Numbered from the stretch's first letter, positions 21,169 to 31,400 are shown. The stretch is 64,000 bases of DNA from an uncultured Bacteroidota bacterium (GCA_903847205.1 CAINDA010000004.1:210-64209), one strand, 5' to 3'. The notes: generated by a model from the letters alone, not told the origin. Numbers and translations are program-made.

Positions 21169-22691
21169 AACTTGTTGCTCTTTCTTCTAAACCAGCCTCT
21201 TTTTGCGCGGTGTGATGATACTCTGGAAGATCTTCTTAGATAAGCTGGGCTTTTAGCGATTCCCTTATTCTGCCCTTTTCTATATGCCATAAAGGTAAGC
21301 CCGTCGCCGAATAGCTGTTTTTTAGGCGGTTTCACTTTTGGTTTTGCCTTGCATGCTGGATTTTTAAACATTGAAATGCCCAAACCGAAATATACATTCA
21401 CCCCGTAAGTATCGTTTTTTACAACCAGCGGTAAAACATTATCCATTCCTAAAACAAAAGTCCTAAACCTAAAAGCTAAGCCTACCTGAGGATACAAATA
21501 ACCATACAAAGTAAGCGGCACAGCTATTTCTATATTTCTGCGCTCATATCGGGGAGTAACTGACAACGTGTTTGCCCTTTGAACTCCTGTGACTCCTGCC
21601 ATAGTTAAACCTTGAACTGCTGAAGTGTTAACATAAAAATGCAGGTCTTTAGCTGAATGCAGATAATAAGTCATATTCCAATCAGCCTGCACACTTAAAG
21701 CCGTCGGAAGTGTAGCCCAAATAGGGGAGGTTTGTTTTGAAACTTGGAAACTATTCTGTAAAATAGAATCGGGATTTACTTTAAGTAAATTATCAATATA
21801 AGTATGGCCGGCAATAGTGCCTTTGTAAGTATTTCCGGCAAATCGTATAGCACCTAAATCCAATAAGGATACACCAATTTTATATCTGTAATCTATGTAT
21901 TTGCAATTAGATTTTTTAGAGTTTGGAAAGTAAGTATCTACCCAGTCAAGCGTTTTTTTATACGTTACGCCCAAATCCGTTCCAAGCCCTTTACCAGTGT
22001 TCCAGCCCGGCTGATTAAAACTCATTTTCGCCCGGACATCTGAAATATTAATTGCTGAATGATCAATGTGAGCCTGCACCCTGTAAATATCAGCATAAGC
22101 AATATTTATTCCGGTAAGGTATTTTAGATTGCCTCCCCATGATATTAAAACATTTGAATGTTTGAAATACATTTTACCGAAATTTACTCCATACTCCACC
22201 CAGGACATTTCAGCCGCTTTTAAATTTCTGATATTAAGATCAAATGATTTTTTTGAAGTATCCATCACCTGTTTTTTCAGTGTATTGGAAATATCATACG
22301 GAATATTACGTACATCAGCCTCTACACGTCCTCTCACAAAAAAACCAAAACCTATTTCGCGGGTGCTGACAATTACTTCAGGGCCGCAGATATCCACTTT
22401 AGTATAAAGGAATTTATTTAGTTTGGTGGTGCTCACACCAAGCGGCGACACATCTCCCTTAGCGGCTGCCCAAAGATTGAAACTAGGCAGAAAAGCCTCA
22501 TTATTCAATGCGAAAATATTAGGGCTTACTAGGTTCGCCTGGATAAAAGTTCTGGAATCTACTGATGATGCTGGATTCAGGAATATACTGTTGATGCTGG
22601 AATAATTGCTATTGGCAATGCCCAATTTTTCCTGGGCAGGAATTGGAAGAAAATAAATTAAAAATATAAAAAAGGTAAGAGTTCTTTTCAT
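21165..22691 (-). CDS. hypothetical outer-membrane beta-barrel-like protein with basic C-terminal tail
   Basis: The ORF track starts at 22733. Signal peptide from the internal Met (MKRTLTFFIFLIYFLPIPAQ, ATG 22691). Alternating beta-strand pattern. C-terminal KAKPKVKPPKK...RRSSRVSSHRAKRGWFRRKSNKF. Confidence 0.5.
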   Translation of the reverse strand: MKRTLTFFIFLIYFLPIPAQEKLGIANSNYSSINSIFLNPASSVDSRTFIQANLVSPNIFALNNEAFLPSFNLWAAAKGDVSPLGVSTTKLNKFLYTKVDICGPEVIVSTREIGFGFFVRGRVEADVRNIPYDISNTLKKQVMDTSKKSFDLNIRNLKAAEMSWVEYGVNFGKMYFKHSNVLISWGGNLKYLTGINIAYADIYRVQAHIDHSAINISDVRAKMSFNQPGWNTGKGLGTDLGVTYKKTLDWVDTYFPNSKKSNCKYIDYRYKIGVSLLDLGAIRFAGNTYKGTIAGHTYIDNLLKVNPDSILQNSFQVSKQTSPIWATLPTALSVQADWNMTYYLHSAKDLHFYVNTSAVQGLTMAGVTGVQRANTLSVTPRYERRNIEIAVPLTLYGYLYPQVGLAFRFRTFVLGMDNVLPLVVKNDTYGVNVYFGLGISMFKNPACKAKPKVKPPKKQLFGDGLTFMAYRKGQNKGIAKSPAYLRRSSRVSSHRAKRGWFRRKSNKF

Positions 22692-22872
22692 GAATGGATA
22701 CTTATACAATTTGCCAAAGATATAATAATTCAATTAAATAATTCATGATTTGCACATTTGAAATTAAATAAATTCATTTTCAAATCAGCATGCGGTAATA
22801 TGCCCTGATTCTAAACGTCTAAAACACATTTTGAGATAGTACTTTATCAATTGAATTTACTATTTTTGCCAC

Positions 22873-24144
22873 ATGATTAAAGCAAACGACCCTTCACTAA
22901 AATCGTGGATTGAAGTCCCGGAAGACTGTGATTTCCCGATACAGAATTTACCTTTCGGGATTTTTAAAACTCAAAGCTCAAATCCCCGTGTGGGGGTGGC
23001 TATCGGCGACCAGGTACTTGATTTATCAAGCCTGAATAAGCTTGGCTTTTTAGATGATTTTAAAATTGATGATTCTGTTTTTTCGAATCAGTATCTGAAT
23101 GATTTTATCACATTAGGCAAACCGCTCTGCAGATCGCTCAGGCAGCGCATTTCGAATCTTTTAAATATCAATAACCCTGAATTACGGGACAATAAAAATG
23201 CGCAGTACAAAGTGTTGAATTTTATGACCAATGTGCAGATGCAGATGCCGGTTAAGGTGGGCGATTATACCGACTTTTATTCCAGTATCGATCATGCGAC
23301 TAATGTAGGAAAGATGTTCAGAGACCCTGCAAATGCCTTGCTTCCAAATTGGAAACACATGCCTATCGGGTATCACGGAAGAGCCTCATCCATCATTGTT
23401 TCAGGAACACCTTTCCACCGCCCAAAAGGACAAACAAAGCCGGCAGACTCGGACCTGCCTGTTTTCGGACCATGCAAATTATTAGATTTCGAATTAGAAA
23501 CCGCTTTTATAATAGGCAGAGAAACTAAATTTGGGGAAAGCGTTTCGACAGATGAAGCATCCAATTATATTTTTGGAATGGCCTTATTTAATGACTGGAG
23601 CGCACGTGATATTCAAACATGGGAATATGTGCCTCTGGGCCCTTTCCTTGCCAAAAGTTTTGCTTCAACTATTTCCCCCTGGATTGTAACTTTGGATGCT
23701 CTAGAACCTTTCCGCACAGCAGGTTATAAACAGGAGCCTAAAGTACTGCCTTACCTTGAATACAATGGAGAAAAAAATATTGACATTAATTTGGAAGTTT
23801 CGATTCAGCCTGAAAATGGCAGCGAAAATATTGTATGCCGCAGCAATTACAAATTTATGTACTGGACAATGGAGCAGCAACTGGCGCATCATACTTCCAA
23901 TGGCTGCAACATTAATATAGGCGACTTGATGGCTTCGGGAACTATCAGCGGCCCAACGCCAGACTCTTACGGCTCAATGCTGGAGCTTGCATGGAAAGGC
24001 ACAAAACCGCTTAAGCTGAATGACAATACTGAGCGAAAATTTATTAATGATAATGACACTGTGATTATGCGCGGTTACTGCGAAAAAGAGGGTGTACGCG
24101 TTGGCTTTGGAGAAGCAACTGGTAAAGTGCTCAAAGCTTTGTAA
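22873..24144 (+). CDS. fahA: fumarylacetoacetase (tyrosine catabolism)
   Basis: 423 aa. SWIEVPEDCDFPIQNLPFGIF N-terminal domain; DYTDFYSS, GYHGRASS, FELETAFIIG, FNDWSARDIQ.WEYVPLGPF are classic FAH signatures. Confidence 0.9.
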   Translation: MIKANDPSLKSWIEVPEDCDFPIQNLPFGIFKTQSSNPRVGVAIGDQVLDLSSLNKLGFLDDFKIDDSVFSNQYLNDFITLGKPLCRSLRQRISNLLNINNPELRDNKNAQYKVLNFMTNVQMQMPVKVGDYTDFYSSIDHATNVGKMFRDPANALLPNWKHMPIGYHGRASSIIVSGTPFHRPKGQTKPADSDLPVFGPCKLLDFELETAFIIGRETKFGESVSTDEASNYIFGMALFNDWSARDIQTWEYVPLGPFLAKSFASTISPWIVTLDALEPFRTAGYKQEPKVLPYLEYNGEKNIDINLEVSIQPENGSENIVCRSNYKFMYWTMEQQLAHHTSNGCNINIGDLMASGTISGPTPDSYGSMLELAWKGTKPLKLNDNTERKFINDNDTVIMRGYCEKEGVRVGFGEATGKVLKAL

Positions 24145-24205
24145 AACAAAACATTCAAATTTAGTAACGAAAAAATAATTTATTTTTTAATTTGTATTGG
24201 AATAA

Positions 24206-25846
24206 TTAAAAGCTATCTTCGCACCCCAATTTAGTTTCAGCTGCGGGCGTGGCGTAATTGGCAGCCGCGCCAGACTTAGGATCTGGTGCCTCACGGCGTG
24301 GGGGTTCGAGTCCCTTCGCCCGCACTTCGAGGGAAAGCAGTTCAGAAATGGACTGCTTTTCTTTTTTACCCTCTTCCAAACGACCGTCTTTCCTACAAAT
24401 TAGCTCAACAACTTCGTTCAATTTAGGGGTTCGATAATTTTCATTCTCAAAAACGAGTTTTTCAGGAAACAGCGAACCGATTATTCTTTGTTTTGTTGTT
24501 ATATTTCTTGAAACGTAATAGGTATCGAGTGTTGAAAGCAATTCAAGACACTTATCAATTTTAGACTCGTGATTTTCAAAACCTTCCTTCATTCTGAGTT
24601 CATCTATACTTAACAGTTTAAGTATTTCTTCAATTTCAACTTTCATTTCTTTAAACTCGCTTGCCATAATTTCGCCATCGAGCATGAGGTCTTTTGCATT
24701 TTTAAGTCTTTGCTTCTGTTTTTCAATTTCCTTAGTTATTTTAACAAAAGCAACTTTACCAGTAATGTTGCTTTGTTTCAATCTGCTTTTTAATACTTGG
24801 GCATATAAATTCATAGCCTTTGGTTTAGCTTTAATATCGGCCAATAAACTAGCAAAACCATCATTCACAACTTGAGCTTTTTGACGTTCCTTGCAAGTGC
24901 GGTCGCAATGGTAATAATAGAATTTACCACCTGCTCTTCCAGTTGAAGCAGATGCTGTTAAATTTTTATTGCAACGAGGACAAATTAAAAAGCCTCTTAA
25001 TGGAAACTCATCTCTAACAGTTTTAAATTTATTTGGTAATTTCTTTTTCCTTCCTTCAATAATATCCTGTACGGTGTAAAACGTAACTAAATCAATTATT
25101 GGTTCATGTATTCCTTCAACCCATTGTGCGGGCTCGTCTTTATATGATTTGACAAGAATTTTCCCTATATAACCCTTGTTCCTCAATAGCATCCAAAAAG
25201 AATTACGGTTGCATTTTAAACCTTCTTTATTTAGCTTTCTTCTTAACTCTTCAATGTTATATAATCCGGAGGCAAACTCTTTAAAAGCTTTCATGACCAG
25301 TTCTTGCTGCTTACCGCCTTCTGGCGCAATAATTGGTCGATTGTTTTCATCACGAGTGTTGATATATCCTCGCAAACAACTTCCTAACCAACGCCCTTCT
25401 TTTTTTGCCCGCCTAATTCCATGAAATACATTTAAAGCTCTGCGATCGTTATCGACTTCAGGGGCAGCAAGATATATAGCAAGCATAATTTTACTTTCGG
25501 GAATTTCAAAATCTAAAGGTTGTTCAATTGCTTGAGGTTCAACACCGAGTTTCTTTAAATCTCTTATGGTGATGTATGCTTCAGCTACGTTACGAGAAAA
25601 TCTATCCCACTTTAAGAAAATAATATTTTCTACATAACCTCGATTCTTTTTTATGAATCCAAGTATTTTAATCCATTCAGGTCGGTTAAAAGTTTTACCA
25701 CTTTCATCATCGTGGTAGAATCCAACTATATCAATGTCATTATTTTCACAATACTTATTGAGCTTGTCTTTTTGGTCGGCCGGACTATATCCATTATTTT
25801 GTTCATCTGTTGATACACGTGTGTAAATAATGGCTCTACGTTTCAT
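24206..25846 (-). CDS. large serine recombinase (resolvase/invertase catalytic domain + recombinase domain + zinc-ribbon + coiled coil)
   Basis: 546-aa ORF. AIIYTRVSTDEQ (catalytic Ser context), SRFSRN, recombinase domain, CPRCNKNL...YYYHCDRTC zinc ribbon. The last roughly 54 codons are read across attL and antisense to tRNA-Leu, so the true or functional C-terminus is uncertain. Confidence 0.85.
   Translation of the reverse strand: MKRRAIIYTRVSTDEQNNGYSPADQKDKLNKYCENNDIDIVGFYHDDESGKTFNRPEWIKILGFIKKNRGYVENIIFLKWDRFSRNVAEAYITIRDLKKLGVEPQAIEQPLDFEIPESKIMLAIYLAAPEVDNDRRALNVFHGIRRAKKEGRWLGSCLRGYINTRDENNRPIIAPEGGKQQELVMKAFKEFASGLYNIEELRRKLNKEGLKCNRNSFWMLLRNKGYIGKILVKSYKDEPAQWVEGIHEPIIDLVTFYTVQDIIEGRKKKLPNKFKTVRDEFPLRGFLICPRCNKNLTASASTGRAGGKFYYYHCDRTCKERQKAQVVNDGFASLLADIKAKPKAMNLYAQVLKSRLKQSNITGKVAFVKITKEIEKQKQRLKNAKDLMLDGEIMASEFKEMKVEIEEILKLLSIDELRMKEGFENHESKIDKCLELLSTLDTYYVSRNITTKQRIIGSLFPEKLVFENENYRTPKLNEVVELICRKDGRLEEGKKEKQSISELLSLEVRAKGLEPPRREAPDPKSGAAANYATPAAETKLGCEDSF
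24243..24324 (+). tRNA. tRNA-Leu (anticodon TAG), intact; integration target of the island
   Basis: Hand fold. Acceptor GCGGGCG/CGCCCGC, anticodon arm CCAGA-CTTAGGA-TCTGG (anticodon TAG), long variable arm (tgcctcacggcgt), T arm GGGGG-TTCGAGT-CCCTT, discriminator A. 82 nt. Confidence 0.85.
24322..24370. repeat. attL direct repeat (last 3 nt of tRNA-Leu + terminator)
   Basis: See the island entry; 48/49 identical to 49079..49127. Confidence 0.85.
24334..24367 (+). terminator. tRNA-Leu terminator hairpin (part of the attL direct repeat)
   Basis: aaagcagt(24334-41) loop tcagaaatgg actgcttt(24352-59), followed by tcttttttacc. Confidence 0.7.
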
Positions 25847-25858
25847 AGTATTATGTTT

Positions 25859-26068
25859 TTATGTTTTGTTTCTATTCTTAAATTCTATTGCACCTGCATC
25901 ATTGTTTTCATTTTCTATTTCGTATGCTTCAATCGCTATATCTGCAATGTGATACAACCAATCTCTTATTTTAATAATTTGTTCTTCAGTATATTCAACG
26001 CCATCACCGCTGAGTATTTTTTTACACTCAGCTAATGACAATCTGCTATTTCCTTCGCCGGAACTCAT
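25859..26068 (-). CDS. small hypothetical protein directly upstream of the recombinase gene (possible accessory/directionality factor; speculative)
   Basis: 69 aa, 12-nt gap to the recombinase start, same strand. Pattern LSLAECKKILS..VEYTEEQIIKIRDWLYHIADIAIEAY resembles the ORF at 46567..46773. Confidence 0.4.
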   Translation of the reverse strand: MSSGEGNSRLSLAECKKILSGDGVEYTEEQIIKIRDWLYHIADIAIEAYEIENENNDAGAIEFKNRNKT

Positions 26069-26775
26069 ACTATTCGGGGTCGGTTAAATAGATTGTTTGG
26101 CGAAAAAAAGAACGAAAATATAGCGTTTTTTAAATCTTCTATATTTGATGTAAATATAATGACAATCAACAAGTTACAAGGCATTTTAAATAAAATAAAA
26201 TCAACTGTTAACTGATTAGGAATCAGAACTTGCATTGATTTTGTTTGATTATATTTTATTATTACGCTCATGTTTCGCTTTTGCTTTGCAAAAGTGCCTG
26301 TGTTTTTTTTAAGGCATTTTAAAATTGTGTAATCGAATGAACTATTCGATATATTAATTTAGTTTGATATTAATCTCCCTATTCAATGGCTTTTACAAAT
26401 ATTTTATGAGACTTAATTTTTTATGGATGACTGCGTTAAGAGCCGAAAACAAATATCCGTAGAACCGGACAGAGAAAATAAATAAGGTTAAATTGGGTAT
26501 AATATAGTATAAAATTATCGCAATAGTTTTTTAAAATCGTCAATTGACGGTTCATTTATTGCTCACTTGACGGTTCATGAAACATCAATTGCATCACCTA
26601 TTCACACCAAATTATTACAGGTGCAATTAATAAACATTGTCTTGGAATTAGGAAACATTAAAATTGCAATTAAAGAAGATTAAAATAAATGAACCTAGTT
26701 ACAATGCCCTTTGCTTTTGGTTCATTCTGTTTTTTTAATTCCTTGCTGATTAAAATAACATCTAAATAAATAATT

Positions 26776-26970
26776 ATGGGACGAGGAATATTTTTAACGA
26801 TAAAAGATTTGATGATACTTACCGGGAGTTTAAGTTATAATAGTAGCGCTTACAGTCACTTAGGAATTCGATCAGCAATAGCACATCGAAAAAGAAAATT
26901 AACTATAAAAGAATATTGCGAGTATGAAAAAATTGATTTTGAATATGTTTGGAATTACTTAAGAGGGTAA
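26776..26970 (+). CDS. small hypothetical protein (possible HTH)
   Basis: 64 aa: FLTIKDLMILTGSLSYNSSAYSHLGIRSAIAHRKRKLTIKEYCEYEKI. No recognisable family from sequence alone. Confidence 0.3.
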   Translation: MGRGIFLTIKDLMILTGSLSYNSSAYSHLGIRSAIAHRKRKLTIKEYCEYEKIDFEYVWNYLRG

Positions 26971-27086
26971 ATATTTATGATATTACCTTTATATGTAGGA
27001 TAAACCCAGATAATTAGGGTTTTTGATATACCTAACAGTGTAAAGAATTACACCCTCGTTCACGAATTAAAATCAAACTGTATTAA

Positions 27087-27172
27087 TTGAAAAACAATTG
27101 CGTAGCAATTAAGAAGTAATTGAAAAACTATGTAAAACAATTAAAAAAAATTAGAAATGTGTAGGCTTTTTA
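27087..27172. repeat. copy A of an about 90-bp direct repeat rich in CAATTG-like motifs
   Basis: ttgaaaaacaattgcgtagcaattaagaa--gtaattgaaaaactatgtaaaacaattaaaaaaaattagaaatgtgtaggcttttta aligns with 28266..28362 (about 90 percent identity, one 9-11 bp indel). Confidence 0.8.
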
Positions 27173-27372
27173 ACCAATTGAATATAGGTATTGGCATTCG
27201 ATTGGATGCTTTCTTCAAAGAGTTATCATTATTTTCGGTTTAATTTATTTACCTACCATTTAATTTATTTCCGGGTAATTAAAAAACAATTGTGTAGCAC
27301 TTTTTCTTCGAACCACTCTTTTTTGTTTGTTGTCTCCAGTATCATAAAATGCAAGTTTCGGCAATAAACGCT

Positions 27373-28110
27373 TTATCTTGCCACAGTTTGGTGACTCTTT
27401 TTCAGCATCGATTCAAATGTATCCAAGTTGTATCTCCTGCGGGCGTAACGTTTAGCCTTATTAATATTAATATTATATTTTTCAAATGCGGTTTGATAAA
27501 TGTATTCCAATTCGTCCTGTTGTGCAGAAAGTAAATCGCTATCTACAATACAATCTACAAGTAATTTCTCTATAGAAATCGTTTCAATATTATCAATTGT
27601 AATAGTTGGTGCTTCTGTAATAAGTGGCTTTACAATAATATTTTCGCCAAAATTATTTCCGTACCGTTCTAATGTTTTTTTATCCGGATTAAGAAATACA
27701 TTTTTGTACTTCTCAGATAGCCTATGGAATACGCTTTCAACGCCTTCTCGCTCTGTTTCAATTACAATATAAAATCGATTAATTTGATGAACCATAAATC
27801 CGTTCAACCATCGAGTATCCCAAATGCAGAAATTTAAATAGGGCAATTCTTTTTTTATACGATGATGTAATTTTTTTAGCTGTGCCGAAATAGGAGGATG
27901 GAAGGAGCCTTTGTCCTTGAATGAATACAGGCCTCGGCTGACATGGATTAATTCTCCGGCTTCTTTTAGTAAATGAATTTTCCACGAAATAGTACTTTCA
28001 GGCGCCTTGGGCTTTTTGCTCTTTATAAAGTCAAAAAGCTCTTTGGTAGAAACTTCTGATCTACTTCTGAAGTGTTTATTAATATTTTGAATTAATGCCT
28101 TATCTGTCAT
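27373..28110 (-). CDS. AbiEi-like winged-helix protein (pattern resembles DUF6577-type Bacteroidota proteins)
   Basis: 245 aa. N-terminal wHTH-like STKELFDFIKSKKPKAPESTISWKIHLLKEAGELIHVSRGLYSF (the ..V/I.RG.Y motif shared with AbiEi-family antitoxins). No toxin partner adjacent. Confidence 0.55.
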   Translation of the reverse strand: MTDKALIQNINKHFRSRSEVSTKELFDFIKSKKPKAPESTISWKIHLLKEAGELIHVSRGLYSFKDKGSFHPPISAQLKKLHHRIKKELPYLNFCIWDTRWLNGFMVHQINRFYIVIETEREGVESVFHRLSEKYKNVFLNPDKKTLERYGNNFGENIIVKPLITEAPTITIDNIETISIEKLLVDCIVDSDLLSAQQDELEYIYQTAFEKYNININKAKRYARRRYNLDTFESMLKKSHQTVAR

Positions 28111-28146
28111 CGGGTGTTAATTTATACAAATGTTCATAAAAATACA

Positions 28147-28183
28147 AAACTGTGGCAAGTTAATTAAAAATATGCCACAGTTT
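28147..28183. promoter_or_regulatory. operator-like 11-bp inverted repeat upstream of the 245-aa wHTH gene
   Basis: aaactgtggca(28147-57)-15 nt-tgccacagttt(28173-83), 37-73 nt upstream of ATG 28110. A third copy of tgccacagtttggt sits at 27379..27392, over the gene's last codons. Confidence 0.5.
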
Positions 28184-28265
28184 GGTACAATCAAACCTCC
28201 ATTAGATTGCTAAAATTACGGATATTATTTTCCCGTTTTTAATTACAGTTTTCGAGGATTTATAA

Positions 28266-28362
28266 TTAGAAAACAATTGAGTAGCAATTAAGAACTATAT
28301 AAGAAGCAATTGAAAAACTATGTAAAACAATTAAAAAACATTAGAAAAGTAAATGCTTTTTA
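28266..28362. repeat. copy B of the about 90-bp direct repeat, in the hsdR upstream region
   Basis: See 27087..27172. Ends about 95 nt before the hsdR ATG at 28457. Confidence 0.8.
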
Positions 28363-28456
28363 GCTCTTTGGATATATTAAGGATAATCTATTGCGTATTT
28401 CTTTCAAAAACAAATCATTACCTACCGCTTTTTTGCGTATTTTTCTGCCTAAGTAT

Positions 28457-31400
28457 ATGGCAGAATCGAATTTTACATATCTCGAAAATGAATTCCCTCT
28501 ATTATTCAACTTGGCGCAATCTGCCGAGTATAATTTATATTCCGATTCTGCGGTTTGTATTTTTAAATTAAGAGCATTCGGAGAGAAACTTACAGAAGTC
28601 CTTTTCGAAAAACACAGATTGAGTTTTCCATTTAAAAACACTTTCCACAATCGGTTAAAAACATTAGAGTTTGAGGGGATTCTTCCGGAGCAAGTAAAAG
28701 ATCTTCTATTCATTGTTAAGAATAAAGGGAATGATGCGGTTCATGAAAATAAAGGTTCAGTTGAAGATGCTAAATTTTTATTACAGGAAGTATTTAAGAT
28801 AGCCAAATGGTTTTACGAAACATACTCCATCGCCAACCAAGATTTAAAAGAAGTAAGATTTACCTGCCCTGAAAATCTGGATGCCCGACATGCATTGCAC
28901 GTCCTAGAAAATGACTTTAAGCAACTTGAAGATAAATTTAGCAAGCTATTAAAAGAACGTCAGGAAGTTGCTTTACCTGCTGAGGTAGTAAAAGAAATTA
29001 AACAACGTTCGGTAAAGGCTGCCAGCAAAATTGAAATGTCGGAGGCTGATACACGTGAATTGATAGATGAACAATTACGACAAGCAGGGTGGGAAGCCGA
29101 TACAAAAAATATAAATTACAAGAAAAACAAAACGCTTCCTAAGCGTGGTAAGAAGTTAGCTATTGCAGAATGGAAAATCGGAGATAAATGGGCTGACTAT
29201 GCTTTATTCATTGGAACACAATTATACGGTATTGTCGAGGCAAAAAAATACGCCCTTGATATTTCTACCGATTTACGTCAATCAAAAATATATGCTGAGT
29301 TAATTGAAGAGGATAAAAACACGAAGTTATTGGGCAGATGGGGCAATTATAAAGTACCATTTTTATTTTCTACTAATGGCAGACCCTATCTGGAGCAAAT
29401 AAAAACTAAAAGTGGAATTTGGTTTTTAGATGTTAGAAAAGAAAGAGGTATTTCTCGTCCTTTAAGAGGCTGGTATTCTCCAGAAGGCTTGATTAAGTTA
29501 ATGGAGCAGGACACTGAGGATGCAAATAAAAAATTGGTTGAATCTGACACTGATTTTTTGATGCATAAAAAAGGTCTAGGACTTCGTGAATATCAAATTG
29601 ACGCGATTAAAGCCGTTGAAAATAGAATTATTCAAAAGCCTGATGATAGAAGAGCTTTAATTGCAATGGCAACCGGTACAGGTAAAACGAGAACCATAAT
29701 GGGTTTGTGTTATCGTTTAATTAAATTGAATAGGTTTAAGCGCATATTGTTTTTAGTTGACAGAACTTTGCTGGGAATCCAAGCAATTAATGCTTTCAAG
29801 GATAATAAAATTGAAGGCATCAATACTTTTTCGGATACCTACATTGTTAAAGGGTTAAAAGAAAACGTACCCGATATTGATACCCGCTTGCATTTTGCTA
29901 CTGTTCAGGGAATGGTGAAACGCATACTATACAGCGATAACGAAGAAGAAAAAATTCCGGTAGATACTTATGATTGTATAATTATTGATGAGGCTCATCG
30001 TGGTTATTTAATAGATAAAGAAATTGATGAAGCTGATTTAGAGTTTAAAGATCAGCGAGACTATGTAAGTAAATACAGAATGGTAATTGATTACTTCGAT
30101 GCCTTTGCCATTGGGCTTACTGCAACGCCTGCTCTTCATACAACTGAAATATTCGGTCTTCCTGTTTATACTTATTCCTACCGTGAAGCAGTAGTTGATG
30201 GTTATTTAATAGATCATGATCCTCCATTTAAAATAAAAACCAAGCTAAGTGAAGAAGGAATTAAATGGCTGAAAGGAACCAAACCTAAAGGTTATGATAA
30301 AGAAACTAATTCTATTGTAGAGTTAGCTGAATTACAAGATGAACTTGAAATTGATATTGCAGGGTTTAATAAATTAGTAATTACAGAAAGCTTTAACAAA
30401 ACAGTAATTAAAGAATTAGTTAAGCACCTCGATCCTGAAAGCCTTGAAAAGACATTGATTTTTGCTGCCACCGATGAACATGCCGATTTAGTTGTAAAAT
30501 GCTTAAAAGAAGGGTTTGGTGAAATTGGAGTTGATGTGCCGGATGATGCTATCCAAAAAATTACCGGAAAATCCTACGATCCTATTGAACAAGTTAAACG
30601 TTATAAAAACGAAAAATATCCAAACATTGCAGTTACTGTTGATTTATTAACTACCGGTATTGATGTTCCTGCTATTGTAAATATTGTATTTCTACGCCGG
30701 GTAAAATCACGAATTTTATATGAGCAGATGCTGGGACGCGCAACAAGATTGTGTGATGAGATAGGAAAAGAATCATTTAAAATTTATGATGCTGTTCGTT
30801 TGTATGAAACTTTGCAGGATTATACACAAATGAAACCTGTATCTCCCAATCCCAATACAACCTTTGAACAATTAAAAAACGAATTAGGACAGATTGATAA
30901 TAACGATCGGGCAAAAAAACAAATAGAACAAATTATTGCAAAACTACAGCGAAAAAAGAAAATCATAAAAGACAATGAAGCTTTTAAATATAATGCCGAA
31001 GGAAAAGACCCGGAAAGTTTTATTCACACGCTGAGAAACCTGCCTATAAACGAAGGCGTGAACAAAATCAATCAACTTTCAGGGCTTTGGAAGTTTTTAG
31101 ATGAATTAAAACCATCTCCTTCCGTTCAATTAGTTTCCGAACACTTAGATGAATACAGGGGCATGGAGCAAGGTTATGGCAATGGACAAAAACCTGCGGA
31201 TTATTTAGAAAGTTTTAAGACATTCATCACTGAAAATAGCAATAAAATTACCGCTCTAAATATTATTTGTACACGTCCTAAAGAGCTCGACAGAAAATCA
31301 TTACGCGAAGTCAAAATTGTTTTAGACCAAGCCGGATTTAATACACGCTTTTTGCACGCGGCTTGGAAAGATGCAAAAAATGAAGACATTGCTGCTGATA

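Noticed and set aside
26065-26271. 68-aa ORF, plus the 60-aa ORF at 25853..26035
   Set aside because: AT-rich, hydrophobic or low-complexity translations. One is antisense to the 69-aa ORF. No support as genes.
28353-28713. ORFs 28353..28571 (+) and 28360..28713 (-) at the hsdR 5' end, and the upstream extension of hsdR to 28391
   Set aside because: They overlap the hsdR promoter repeat and coding start. The HsdR N-terminal domain begins naturally at MAESNFTYLENEF (28457).
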